Positions 10,502 through 20,501 of a DNA stretch of 64,000 nt are shown here, piece by piece (the first letter of the stretch is position 1; every line of letters starts with the position of its first letter). Location: positions 36,560 to 100,559 of the forward strand of contig CBDURU010000003.1 of NCBI GenBank assembly GCA_965369865.1, given 5' to 3'. The notes under the pieces are model-generated. The model had not been told where the DNA came from, did no database searches, and saw only the letters and a list, made by a program, of their open reading frames with translations. A program made the position numbers and the translations under genes. Source of the DNA: an uncultured bacterium (GTDB taxonomy: Bacteria > JAJVIF01 > JAPKYR01).

Positions 10502-12526
10502 ATGACCAAAAAACCAGATGGAATAGATGGACTTTGCATCAACACTCTCAGAACTCTCTCAATCGACATGATCCAGAAGGCGAATTCGGGCCACCCCGGG
10601 CTCCCGCTCGGCGCCTCGCCATTCGCATATGTCCTGTGGACGAAATTTCTGAAGCAGAATCCCGGCAATCCCGACTGGCCGGATCGCGACCGTTTCGTTA
10701 TGTCGGCAGGCCACGGAAGCGCGCTTCTGTATTCGCTTCTCCACATGGTGGGTTATGACCTTACTCTCGATGACCTCAGAAATTTCAGGCAATGGAACAG
10801 CAGGACGCCCGGCCATCCGGAATCCTTTATGACCGAGGGTGTTGAGGCCACAACCGGGCCTCTCGGACAGGGGACGGCAAACGCGGTCGGAATGGCGATC
10901 GCGGAGAGAGTACTCGCGAACCGCTTCAACCGTCCCGATCATAAAATTATCGATCATTTCACGTACACGCTTGTCGGTGATGGAGACCTGATGGAAGGGA
11001 TCTCCGCCGAGGCTTCATCGCTTGCCGGACACCTGAAGCTCGGAAAATTGATTTTCCTGTACGATTCGAATGATATTTCTCTCGACGGTCCGACCTCGCT
11101 TTCGTTCACCGGTGAGGATGTTCTCAGGCGGTATGAAGCGTATGGATGGCAGGCAATTCGTGTCGAAGACGCTAATAACGATCTGAAAGGTATTGAGGTC
11201 GCCCTGAACCTGGCGAAATCCGACCTCTCGAAACCTTCGATAATTGAATTTAAAACGACGATCGGATATGGATCGCCGAATAAATCCGGCTCGGAAGCGG
11301 CGCACGGCGCTCCACTTGGTGAGGATGAAGCCATCCTGACTAAAAAGGCGATTGGATGGGAATGGCCGGACGAGACATTTTATGTCCCCGACAAGGCACG
11401 CGAGCATTTTCAAAATTCCACTACCAGGTGGATGGATGCCAATAATGAGTGGCAGAAGGTTTTCGATTCTTACACTGAAAAATTCCCGGAGCTAGGGAAC
11501 GAATTTAACCAGGCGATAAACGGTGATCTTCCCGATGGCTGGGATTCTGATTTACCGACTTACTCGACCGGTGAAAAAATCGCTACCCGTATCGCGGGAA
11601 GTGAAACGTTAAACGCGATCGGCGCGAAAGTGCCGTACATTTTTGGTGCGGACGCGGATTTGTCCTGTTCCACCAAAGGAAAGATCAACGATGGAGGTTC
11701 GTTCGATGGTGATACCGGCGAGGGTCGGAATCTCAGGTGCGGTGTTCGCGAACACGCGATGGCGGCGATCGCGAACGGAATCTGCTGGCACAAGGGACTC
11801 AGGCCGTTCACATCGACATTTTTCGTTTTTTCGGACTACATGAAACCGTCGATCAGGCTGGCCGCGATGAACAACCTGCCTGTTATATACATCTGGACGC
11901 ACGATTCAATCGGGGTCGGCGAGGACGGGCCTACTCATCAACCCGTTGAACACCTTGGGGCGTTGAGGGTAATCCCCAACCTGTCAGTCGTGCGTCCGGC
12001 TGATGCCAATGAAACTGTCGAGGCCTGGAAATGGGCAATTCAACAGAGCAACAATCCTGTCGCTCTTATTTTAACGAGACAGGGGGTTCCTGTATTTGAC
12101 CGCGAGAAATATGAGTGCGCATCGAACCTGAAATTCGGCGCGTACGTGATTTCCGATTGCGGCGATGATGAACCCGACGCGATTATCATCGCGACAGGCT
12201 CGGAGGTTGAACTCGCTCTTGAAGCACAGGAAATCCTGTCGGGAGACGGTATCCGGGTCAGAGTTGTATCTATGCCGTGCATGGAGGAGTTCAGTTTACA
12301 GGACGAAGGTTATATAAAATCAGTGCTCCCGCCCCAGATTAAAAACCGCATTTCGATTGAAGCGGGATCGACATACGGATGGAAAAAGTGGGTGGGCGAC
12401 CAGGGGATATGTATCGGGATCGACAAGTTCGGCGCGTCCGCACCGGGGAAAGTCGTGTTCGGGAAGTATGGAATTACCGCGGAGAGACTGGTCAGCGAGG
12501 TCAAGCGGATGGTCCTTCAACGATAA
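10502..12526 (+). CDS. tkt: Transketolase
   Basis: Hallmark TPP-binding N-terminus (…[20 protein letters not shown]…[20 protein letters not shown]…) and full-length homology. The ORF opens at a TTG at 10451. The ATG at 10502 with GAGGAG upstream is the more likely start. Confidence 0.9.
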   Translation: MTKKPDGIDGLCINTLRTLSIDMIQKANSGHPGLPLGASPFAYVLWTKFLKQNPGNPDWPDRDRFVMSAGHGSALLYSLLHMVGYDLTLDDLRNFRQWNSRTPGHPESFMTEGVEATTGPLGQGTANAVGMAIAERVLANRFNRPDHKIIDHFTYTLVGDGDLMEGISAEASSLAGHLKLGKLIFLYDSNDISLDGPTSLSFTGEDVLRRYEAYGWQAIRVEDANNDLKGIEVALNLAKSDLSKPSIIEFKTTIGYGSPNKSGSEAAHGAPLGEDEAILTKKAIGWEWPDETFYVPDKAREHFQNSTTRWMDANNEWQKVFDSYTEKFPELGNEFNQAINGDLPDGWDSDLPTYSTGEKIATRIAGSETLNAIGAKVPYIFGADADLSCSTKGKINDGGSFDGDTGEGRNLRCGVREHAMAAIANGICWHKGLRPFTSTFFVFSDYMKPSIRLAAMNNLPVIYIWTHDSIGVGEDGPTHQPVEHLGALRVIPNLSVVRPADANETVEAWKWAIQQSNNPVALILTRQGVPVFDREKYECASNLKFGAYVISDCGDDEPDAIIIATGSEVELALEAQEILSGDGIRVRVVSMPCMEEFSLQDEGYIKSVLPPQIKNRISIEAGSTYGWKKWVGDQGICIGIDKFGASAPGKVVFGKYGITAERLVSEVKRMVLQR

Positions 12527-12550
12527 CAGCGATTTTCGATTATACCTGGC

Positions 12551-13009
12551 GTGCATAAAGGAGGCTGTACAATGACCGGGAAACCGGAGTGCACATATTT
12601 CGCTTATGGATCGAACATGGACCCGTCCCAGATGGAATTCCGATGTCCCGGCGCAAGCCCCATCGGTATCGGAATCCTCAAAAATTTCCGGTTCCTTATA
12701 AATTCCCGTGGTGTGGCAACGATCGCCCGTGATGAAGGAAAATCGGTTTACGGCGTGCTGTGGTCTATCGGCGAGGAACATGAACGCACACTGGATAAAT
12801 GCGAAGGGGTTAAATCGAATATCTATTACAGAGATTTCGTATCAGTCGAAACATCTTCAGGTGGAACAGAAGAGGCCCTGGTTTATATTGATCCCGTAAC
12901 CGATCCGGGGCCGCCTAAAGATGGTTATCTCGAAAAAATCCTCACGGGCGCACGCCATTTCAATCTGCCTGAAAAATATATTGAGGACTTATCATTATGG
13001 GCGGGTTGA
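12551..13009 (+). CDS. Gamma-glutamylcyclotransferase-like (AIG2/GGCT fold) protein
   Basis: 152 aa. N-terminal YFAYGSNMDPSQM motif typical of the GGCT/AIG2 family. The true start may be the internal Met (MTGKPE…). Confidence 0.65.
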   Translation: MHKGGCTMTGKPECTYFAYGSNMDPSQMEFRCPGASPIGIGILKNFRFLINSRGVATIARDEGKSVYGVLWSIGEEHERTLDKCEGVKSNIYYRDFVSVETSSGGTEEALVYIDPVTDPGPPKDGYLEKILTGARHFNLPEKYIEDLSLWAG

Positions 13010-13256
13010 AAATTTTTTAATGGCTGGCTGGGAGATCACCAACAAGCTTGTATGGCTGGAAGCCAAACGTCGCATGTTGGCGGCACCCAGGCTAAATCCA
13101 TCAAAATCGGATTTAATTTTATTTAATAAGGGTTAATAAATATGGGCTGGAATGCCAACCCCGTCCCGCGGTTGGAATTTTGACCGGTGCCGACCGCGTC
13201 CTGGAGTTGTTGATAAAGTGAAAAATCATCTTGGACAGCAGTGAAGTACTATAATT

Positions 13257-15680
13257 CTATTCCTGTTTTGACGATTGATCGTTTATTTTTATATTGATAC
13301 TTCGATGAGTGATGAAAATCCCGATTACTACCCAGGCAAAAATACTGATCATCGCCACTGACATGCCCTCTTTCAAGCCTGGCATGAGGTAGCGAAATTC
13401 TACCGTATGCTCGCCGCTCCCGATCTCAACAGCCATCGCAAAATTCCCGTGCACTTTCATTTCACGCGCTTCTCCATCGACCTCAACCGTCCATCCGGGC
13501 GCATATCCTTCATTGAGAACGAGAAGACCGGGAAAATCATAGCGGGTCTCAGCCGCAAAAAATCCCGGTTCATCCAGTCTTATTTCAGGCTGGGATAATA
13601 AATTAGGATCGTTGCTCCCGCTCTCAACATATGCTTCATCAGATGGAATGATAGATAGCCTTGTCGGCGGTTGTGCTGTATAACCCGGTTGGTCATACAA
13701 GTCATAAACAAAAAAATTATCGCTCTCACTTTTTGGAATAAGACCCTCGATGCTGGAATCAGACAGGACATATCTGATACCCATGTCAAATAGCCTTCTG
13801 TCGTAAAGATCAACCGGGGGAGTGAAAAAAGCGATTCCACGCCGCTTGATGACTGACTCCTCCTGGATATCCCTGAGCAGATCAAACCGGGATTTCGGGA
13901 CAAGGTTGTGGTATCCAAAAGCGTCGGGTATCCCGAAGAACGTCCCAAGGTTCGGGTAAAAGTTGTATGGCTGGTCTTCCAGCGATGCAGGATTTGCCGA
14001 ATTGTTCGCGTAGCGGATGATCCGTCCCCATTGGCCACCAGCCTCCGGACTGATCATTCTTTGCAGGCTTTGGATCGTCTCGGTTGCAGGTATTGGATTT
14101 CTTGAATAAGGGGATTTGAAATCTGACAGGACGAATGTTCCTGACATGATTGCCGAGTATATGAAACAGGCCGATAGAAGGGTGATTCCGAAGTAAATGT
14201 ATTTTTTTGAGATGGTATAGAACGCCGAGAAGATTATCACCGCTCCCGCAATTGTAAGGACATACGGATCGCCAGTTGGGATTAGCAAGCTACGGTCTGT
14301 AAGAAGAATGCCCGCGAGCGCAATTACAATTCCAATTAAAGCGGGAATGAGCGCGACAGAGTGCGTCACGCCAACCGGTTTATCGAGCGCGGCGATTTTT
14401 TTCCAGTGTTTCACTCCGATCGCAGAGAATATCAGAATAATGAATCCCAATATCTCCAGGGGCTGTGTCGGTAGGATAAAGATCGCTCTCGTTGGGATGC
14501 TTAGAAGGTTATTCAATGTCGGGTTAAGAGCAAAAGGTGTGATTATCAGCGCGATAATTGCAAGTGATCTCGGAAAATCAAGTTGTCGCCAGTTAACTAA
14601 TCCCAAAAGCGCAAAGGTAAAAGGGATAACCCCGACATATCCGCTGTAATGGGGGTAATAAAATCCAAGCCTGAGTGGGAGAATTGGCTGCAGAAGACGC
14701 TGGAAATGATTCTGCCATGGTTCGGTGAATTGAAGAGCGGTCGTGTATTCCGTCATCATTTGCTGAAACGATTGGAAAGCGATACGGTCGCTTAGTGCTG
14801 AAGCCATAAGGGTCGGGATGTTCTGCACCATGGAAATCCCGAGACCTAGAATGAACGGCCATACCAGAATTTTTAGTGATGCTTTCCATGATGGTCTAAT
14901 AACGCGATCGATCATCCTTCCTCGAATGAAAAACCATACTGCGGTGAAAAGCCCAAAATGCACCAAAAGCGTTGGATAGCCTGCAAGTAGAGGAACTGAC
15001 CAGCATAGAGCCATCCATAATCCTGCCCACGGGTTTTGATGTTTCAGCCATCTTTCATGGAAGAACCATATTCCCGGGAAAAAGGCCATCGTCATCGGCC
15101 AGGGCTGGTAGTACGGGGTGGGAAGAAGGGAGACCACGAGAAAACTAGCTGCTGCCCATGATGCTATACGGCATGCGAGCCATTCCTTCAGAAAAAGATA
15201 AAAGAAAATCGCCATGATCAGGGTGTGAAGAACGCCCGATGCACCGAGAATCATAAGAGGCGGGAATAACCACGCTATAAGGGCATAAACAGGGTAGTAC
15301 ACCGGAACGAGATGATTTTGAAGTAAAGGGACTCCGCTAAGACAGTACGGGTCCCAGGCAGGGATATTTCCTTTACGAAGCTCGTCGTGCGCGATTTTAT
15401 TCCACGGGCTATACATCAAAACCGCGTCGAAATTCGTATGAAGGATATTGGGATCATCATGCCCAGAGAAGCCAAGTTCGCTATTCCAGGGTTCCAGTCG
15501 CTCCCATGAGTCGGGCATAACGGGTTTACCCAGCAGGAGCGGATAGTAAAGAGCGAGTCCCAGAAGAATCAAGCCTAGGATTGGAGCCAGATCAGCCAGA
15601 GCAAACGCCCTTTGGATTCCGGTTGTCTCTTTAAAACCAGTATTGTCTTTCTGATCGGACATCCGGGATGATTTTATCAC
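13257..15680 (-). CDS. YfhO-like polytopic membrane protein, paralog 3
   Basis: 807 aa. Many TM helices. C-terminus …NEGYAPGWTVEVDGEAREMKVHGNFAMAVEIGSGEHTVEFRYLMP plus a TM, matching the other two paralogs. GTG at 15680 or ATG at 15662. Confidence 0.5.
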   Translation of the reverse strand: MIKSSRMSDQKDNTGFKETTGIQRAFALADLAPILGLILLGLALYYPLLLGKPVMPDSWERLEPWNSELGFSGHDDPNILHTNFDAVLMYSPWNKIAHDELRKGNIPAWDPYCLSGVPLLQNHLVPVYYPVYALIAWLFPPLMILGASGVLHTLIMAIFFYLFLKEWLACRIASWAAASFLVVSLLPTPYYQPWPMTMAFFPGIWFFHERWLKHQNPWAGLWMALCWSVPLLAGYPTLLVHFGLFTAVWFFIRGRMIDRVIRPSWKASLKILVWPFILGLGISMVQNIPTLMASALSDRIAFQSFQQMMTEYTTALQFTEPWQNHFQRLLQPILPLRLGFYYPHYSGYVGVIPFTFALLGLVNWRQLDFPRSLAIIALIITPFALNPTLNNLLSIPTRAIFILPTQPLEILGFIILIFSAIGVKHWKKIAALDKPVGVTHSVALIPALIGIVIALAGILLTDRSLLIPTGDPYVLTIAGAVIIFSAFYTISKKYIYFGITLLSACFIYSAIMSGTFVLSDFKSPYSRNPIPATETIQSLQRMISPEAGGQWGRIIRYANNSANPASLEDQPYNFYPNLGTFFGIPDAFGYHNLVPKSRFDLLRDIQEESVIKRRGIAFFTPPVDLYDRRLFDMGIRYVLSDSSIEGLIPKSESDNFFVYDLYDQPGYTAQPPTRLSIIPSDEAYVESGSNDPNLLSQPEIRLDEPGFFAAETRYDFPGLLVLNEGYAPGWTVEVDGEAREMKVHGNFAMAVEIGSGEHTVEFRYLMPGLKEGMSVAMISIFAWVVIGIFITHRSINIKINDQSSKQE

Positions 15681-15848
15681 TTATGGGTATCAGTTACACC
15701 CAAGTGCCGCCCGCAGTTCGCCGCAGGCGAGATGTGGATGTCCGGAATATTTCCTATTTTTCCGAATCACCCAAATCCTGCGCTACGCTCGTATCAAGGC
15801 GCCACAGGTCTATTTAATTCTCAAATCTACGCTTGTTTAAGCTACCTG

Positions 15849-16922
15849 TTATTCCAGTTCTTCCTGCTGTTTGTTTTTCTTTTCCCTCGACTTTTTTACC
15901 CGCGTTTCCGCACTCTCATACGCTTCCACGATCAGTTGGACGAGCGAATGGCGGACGATATCAGTCTCATCGAGATTTACCAGCGCGATCCCACCGATGT
16001 GCGACAGGATATTCAACGCGTGCGCGAGTCCGGAGGTCTCCCGTGTGCCGAGATCGACCTGGCTTGGGTCGCCGGTAATCACCATCCTGGATCGGGGGCC
16101 CATCCTGGTCAGGAACATTTTCATCTGGCCCGCGGTGGTGTTCTGCGCCTCATCGAGAATAATGTAGCTTTTATTTAATGTCCTTCCACGCATATACGCG
16201 AGCGGTGCGATCTCGATGACCTCCCTCTCAATCAGGCGACGGGTTTTTTCAACGCCAAGCATTTCGTAAAGGGCGTCGTAAAGCGGACGGAAGTACGGGT
16301 CGACCTTGTCGAGGAAAGTTCCCGGCAGATATCCAAGGCTCTCACCGGCTTCGACCGCGGGTCGGGTCAGGATAATTCGCTGGACCGTTCCCCTGCTCAG
16401 AGTATTAACCGCCATAGCGACCGCGAGGTATGTTTTTCCGGTACCGGCTGGTCCCGCGCAGAAAGTGATGGCGTTATCCTTCATCGACTGGACATAATTG
16501 GCCTGTCCTTCTGTCCGGGGACGGATTTTGAGCAATCCACCGTTGATAACAAGTCCATCGAACGCATGATCGTTTTTTTTCGCAGGCGCCTGTTCTTCCA
16601 GGCCATCATCGAGAGGAATCTCCGTCTCAACTTCCCTGCTTCGCTCCTGGTGGTAGAATCGCTCGATATCATCCTCCGACAATTCATCGCCGGCCTGTGC
16701 CCTTTTTACGAGCAGACCGAGGAGTTGCTGAACGAGGGCGACCTCATTAGAAGGCCCGGTGATCCTGACCGACGATCCGCGCGGGACAACCCGTGCAGGG
16801 GTATTCTGCTGGATCACCCTGAGATTACGGTCCGCAACACCGAGAACCTGTACCGCTTCGAGATCGTTCCTGAAATGGAAAGTCAGAGTTGTAACTTCAT
16901 CGTCCTTAAGACGTTTTGCCAA
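15849..16922 (-). CDS. phoH: PhoH-like ATPase (PhoH/YbeZ family)
   Basis: 357 aa. Walker A GPAGTGKTYLAVAMAV. Conserved PhoH core (…ILTRPAVEAGESLGYLPGTFLDKVDPYFRPLYDAL…ILDEAQNTT…ITGDPSQVDL). TTG start with a GGAGGA RBS. Confidence 0.9.
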   Translation of the reverse strand: MAKRLKDDEVTTLTFHFRNDLEAVQVLGVADRNLRVIQQNTPARVVPRGSSVRITGPSNEVALVQQLLGLLVKRAQAGDELSEDDIERFYHQERSREVETEIPLDDGLEEQAPAKKNDHAFDGLVINGGLLKIRPRTEGQANYVQSMKDNAITFCAGPAGTGKTYLAVAMAVNTLSRGTVQRIILTRPAVEAGESLGYLPGTFLDKVDPYFRPLYDALYEMLGVEKTRRLIEREVIEIAPLAYMRGRTLNKSYIILDEAQNTTAGQMKMFLTRMGPRSRMVITGDPSQVDLGTRETSGLAHALNILSHIGGIALVNLDETDIVRHSLVQLIVEAYESAETRVKKSREKKNKQQEELE

Positions 16923-17032
16923 AATAAATCATCCTCCATAAATGAAAGCACCGTTCATCTATATTAGAATATTATCATATTTCCTGTATCAGCACGATTA
17001 CGTCTATTATTTTGAATACCAGGCATAATCCA

Positions 17033-20000
17033 TCAGTACAAATCGAAAACCTTGAGACCTCTTCCCCCGGTGCCAAGGTACAGGTAGCCGTCAAGTGTTA
17101 CCAGATCACTTGGCGCCCATGTCATACCATCATACAGGTAGCCAAGTTTGGCGGGACAATCGGGCGGCCAGATTGAACAAATTTCCGGAATTCGATAGAA
17201 GCCATACGCATACGCATAGTATCCATCGACATAAATTTCGCTCAGCCAGTTTACACCCGGAAGGGGCAGGGCGGCAACGTGCACGGGGACATCCGGATTG
17301 GTCAGGTCCGTAATTTGAAGCTCGCCACTAGTCATGATATACATTTTGGATCCATAAGAGGTCAGGTCATAATGAATGTCCAGCGAGTTAGAATATGAAC
17401 CAACATATGCAGGCGGCATCGGAGCGTCAGCGGTATAAATTTCTATGCTATTCTGCAAGGCATAATACATATTGGGGGAATAATACATGATGTCTCTGAC
17501 GGCCGAAGGAAAGGTGATCGAAGTTACATATACGGGTGCGGATGGAATAGCGACGGAATAAATTCTGACCGTTTTGGCCGGATCATTAATTGCGACATAA
17601 GCATGATCTCCCTGTAAAAGTATCTGATTGATATCATGTGTTTCAACGGTGTATGCCAGATCAGTGATTGCGAGCGGGTCAGTCGCGTCGTTCAGGCTCC
17701 AGTGCTTGCCGCCGGCGGTCATGAGTAAGTTCTGGTCCAGAGACATATCCCTCAGGACATCATTCACCCAGAATTCAGCGGCGACATATACATTGGCGGG
17801 GTTGGAAATATCAATGGTTTTAACAGCCTTATTGTAATCGACAACCAAGAGGTATCCATCTTTAATGACAAGTGATATGCAGTAATTAACGACTTTCTGC
17901 CGTGACAGTGAAGGAGATCCTGGCGGGTTGATGCTGAAAATTTCAAGACCCTGGCTGTTGGGAATGATGTAAGCATAGTCCCCAACCGCGGCTACATCCT
18001 TACCATCGGTCACCATCGGGACAGTGCTGTCGTATTGTGGATTATCCGGATCGGTCGCATCGCAGACCGAAAAGCCGGCGGGTCCATCTCCGATTGTCAC
18101 ATACGGCCAGGAAATATCAATACTCCTGGCGGTTCCCGGTACGTTAACGCTTCCTTTAGGAGTCAGGATATTCGTATTGAGGATGTGTGTATAGCCCTGA
18201 TGGACAATCGTGTCATAAACGGCGGTATAGATATACCCATCGTTGACAACAGTTTCCTGGATCACATTATTCGCAGGATAAGTGTGTGTCGCAAGTAATT
18301 GGGGGTTTAATGGATCTTCGATAAGGTATGAATAAAGTTCATTGTAGATCGTCATTAAGAGGGATGTTGCGGGTCCTTCAGGATCCATGAGATCCAGATC
18401 ATCACAACTGTAAGGTGCGACGAAGTTATGAAGTTCGATCGGATTCGTGGGATCTGAAGAGATGTCATAGAACAACAAGTAATAATCCCCCATAGGATTG
18501 TCGAACCACGATAAATACAGGTGGGTTGAATTCGAGCACATACTGTATAACAGGGACCAGGAATCAAAGGTGATAATATCAGGATAAGAAACCGGTGCTT
18601 CAGGAGTTGTCAGATCCAGCAAGGAAAGATCATTGTTGTCGCTGTAGTAAAGATACGGATAATTAAACGTGGCATAATCATTTATGGTGTAATCAAAAGC
18701 CTGCAGGAACAAGGGATTCGAAGGATTCGAGATATCGTAAATCCAAAGCCTGTCTCCCCCCATGATCGCGTAATTGTCATGAATCCAGATGAAGGTCGGC
18801 TCAAGAAATAATCCGTCCGGAGTGATATCTACCGGGTTATCCGGGGACGCGAAAGGCCCGGTCAGTTTCAATACATAAGGTGCGATCTGGGAAGGGTTAC
18901 TAGTGTAAACACGAATGAAATACTGCCCCGTTTCCATGCCTGGATCAGACAATGGGATGGTTGCAGAACCTCCAACGACATCATCTTCGCTTACAAGCGT
19001 ATGCGTGCTGTCATATAATCCCACCTTAGTCAGGGATACATCGCAGAATAGTTCAATTTTCGCATCGTAAGCATAACCGCCAGTGATCTGAAACTCGTAA
19101 AAATCCTTGTAATCATTCGGGAGACATACCTGGTCATATATTTCAGAATCGAAACTGACAGGAAAAGCTTCCATGAAGTCATTGTTAGCGTCGGGGTCAC
19201 AGGTAACCTCCGGGATATCGAGAATGAGTGTCTGCCAAGCAGCGACAGAAGTATCCGGGGCCGGATAGGTAAACCCCTGGTTGTAATCAGGTCCGCCCGC
19301 TGATTTTACTTTCACGGCAACAAGGACCTCCCCTGCCGAGGCGGGTAAAGCGGTGCCGGTGAGATCGGCAGTGTAAGATGCTTTCAGAGCGGTTTGTGAA
19401 TCGAAAATCGCACTAACTCCACCGGGGAACAAATCGGGCGAAAAAATCCTCACGCTCTCAACCTGTGCAGCGATGTCGCCCAGAGCCTGTCCCTGCCAGT
19501 CATGGACATTTAATTTCAATTGAAGGACGCCACCACCGACCCCATTATCAACATCATAGTAAAGGGTGTTGACCTTATCGACTAATACAAGATTGAAAGC
19601 TTCGGGTTGATTGGCTTCAATGGGAAAATCATCCGGAACCTCAAGCGGAGGATTAGGTGCCGGTAAGGCCCAGCAGGCATCGATTACATACGAGAATCGA
19701 AAATCGGGTGCAGGAAGCATCGGGAAGCGAACATTGTAGCGTCTTGTGTTAGCGGTCCCGGTGGTGAAAACACCCCTGCCCATATCGTTGTTCAGTGGTT
19801 CTAAAAAAACAGGCTGCAGACCTTCCAAATTATCAAGGATATCTGCGAAATACCGGTACGGGTTAACCGACGCGGTCAGTTCGGCACCGGGAGTATTTGC
19901 AAACTGGTTTTCGATGTACCCGAAAACACCGGATTGAGTAAATTCTGCAGGATTCCACCAGCGCGTGAACCCGTCGGCATTTTCAAGTTGGGTTTCATCG

Positions 20001-20440
20001 ACATCGGAGAAAAATAATGAACCGATCGGGAGAGTTCCCGGAGCCATTACGATGCCTTTAACATCAAAAATTGTGAACTCCGTTTCGGTGTCGAACGGGT
20101 GGGTGAGAGTAAAATCGACAACAAAAAGACCGTTTGGCGGGTCCGATTGCCCCGGCGGCAGAACGACAGACAGGCTGAAAGTGTCGATGAAGATTTTCGT
20201 CAGGTTGAAGTGGAAATCTGTAGACCTGTCCGGGATTGTATTAACCTGATTGGTCCCGGCCTTGATAACTATGTCGTACGAGCCCAGCATTTGATGGTTA
20301 TTCACATTACTGCTGGAATTTGTTAATCCTGAATCCTGGCCGGTGCTCACTGAGGGTGTTACCGGATTTTTCGAGCATCCCGGAGATGCAAACACGCCAG
20401 CCAGTAAAAAAATAATTAGAGTCAGGGCGATTCTGTTCAT
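17033..20440 (-). CDS. Giant surface lipoprotein, array copy 4 (most downstream on the minus strand). Architecture: conserved N-terminal module, PPC domain, LVIVD-like beta-propeller.
   Basis: 1135 aa. Signal peptide with Cys22 (…LAGVFASPGCS). The N-terminal ~380 aa is shared with the three upstream genes and with 47591..49537. PPC-like segment CDPDANNDF…DYKDFYEF…GQYFIRVYT…YVLKL. The C-terminal half has repeats such as GDYAYIIPNSQGLEIFSINP and DGYLYLGTGGRGLKVFDLY. GGAG RBS. Confidence 0.7.
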   Translation of the reverse strand: MNRIALTLIIFLLAGVFASPGCSKNPVTPSVSTGQDSGLTNSSSNVNNHQMLGSYDIVIKAGTNQVNTIPDRSTDFHFNLTKIFIDTFSLSVVLPPGQSDPPNGLFVVDFTLTHPFDTETEFTIFDVKGIVMAPGTLPIGSLFFSDVDETQLENADGFTRWWNPAEFTQSGVFGYIENQFANTPGAELTASVNPYRYFADILDNLEGLQPVFLEPLNNDMGRGVFTTGTANTRRYNVRFPMLPAPDFRFSYVIDACWALPAPNPPLEVPDDFPIEANQPEAFNLVLVDKVNTLYYDVDNGVGGGVLQLKLNVHDWQGQALGDIAAQVESVRIFSPDLFPGGVSAIFDSQTALKASYTADLTGTALPASAGEVLVAVKVKSAGGPDYNQGFTYPAPDTSVAAWQTLILDIPEVTCDPDANNDFMEAFPVSFDSEIYDQVCLPNDYKDFYEFQITGGYAYDAKIELFCDVSLTKVGLYDSTHTLVSEDDVVGGSATIPLSDPGMETGQYFIRVYTSNPSQIAPYVLKLTGPFASPDNPVDITPDGLFLEPTFIWIHDNYAIMGGDRLWIYDISNPSNPLFLQAFDYTINDYATFNYPYLYYSDNNDLSLLDLTTPEAPVSYPDIITFDSWSLLYSMCSNSTHLYLSWFDNPMGDYYLLFYDISSDPTNPIELHNFVAPYSCDDLDLMDPEGPATSLLMTIYNELYSYLIEDPLNPQLLATHTYPANNVIQETVVNDGYIYTAVYDTIVHQGYTHILNTNILTPKGSVNVPGTARSIDISWPYVTIGDGPAGFSVCDATDPDNPQYDSTVPMVTDGKDVAAVGDYAYIIPNSQGLEIFSINPPGSPSLSRQKVVNYCISLVIKDGYLLVVDYNKAVKTIDISNPANVYVAAEFWVNDVLRDMSLDQNLLMTAGGKHWSLNDATDPLAITDLAYTVETHDINQILLQGDHAYVAINDPAKTVRIYSVAIPSAPVYVTSITFPSAVRDIMYYSPNMYYALQNSIEIYTADAPMPPAYVGSYSNSLDIHYDLTSYGSKMYIMTSGELQITDLTNPDVPVHVAALPLPGVNWLSEIYVDGYYAYAYGFYRIPEICSIWPPDCPAKLGYLYDGMTWAPSDLVTLDGYLYLGTGGRGLKVFDLY
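18851..19207 (-). other. PPC (bacterial pre-peptidase C-terminal)-like domain inside array copy 4. Approximate boundaries, residues ~412-530.
   Basis: DANNDF…DxxDFYxF…(G)xYxxRVxxxxxxxxxYxL pattern characteristic of PPC domains. An equivalent segment occurs in the other three array members (e.g. CHGDANNDFADAF…DYRDFYFF…). Confidence 0.5.
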
Positions 20441-20501
20441 AACTACACTCCGCTAGTGAATTATTTTTATTCTGCCAATATAAATGGACTAATTGTTTAA
20501 C

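Noticed and set aside
13155-13190. Hairpin ccaacc-ccgtcccgcg-ggttgg followed by AATTTT between convergent GGCT and YfhO-3 genes
   Set aside because: The stem is short and the U-tract weak. It could be a terminator but is not convincing enough to list as a feature.
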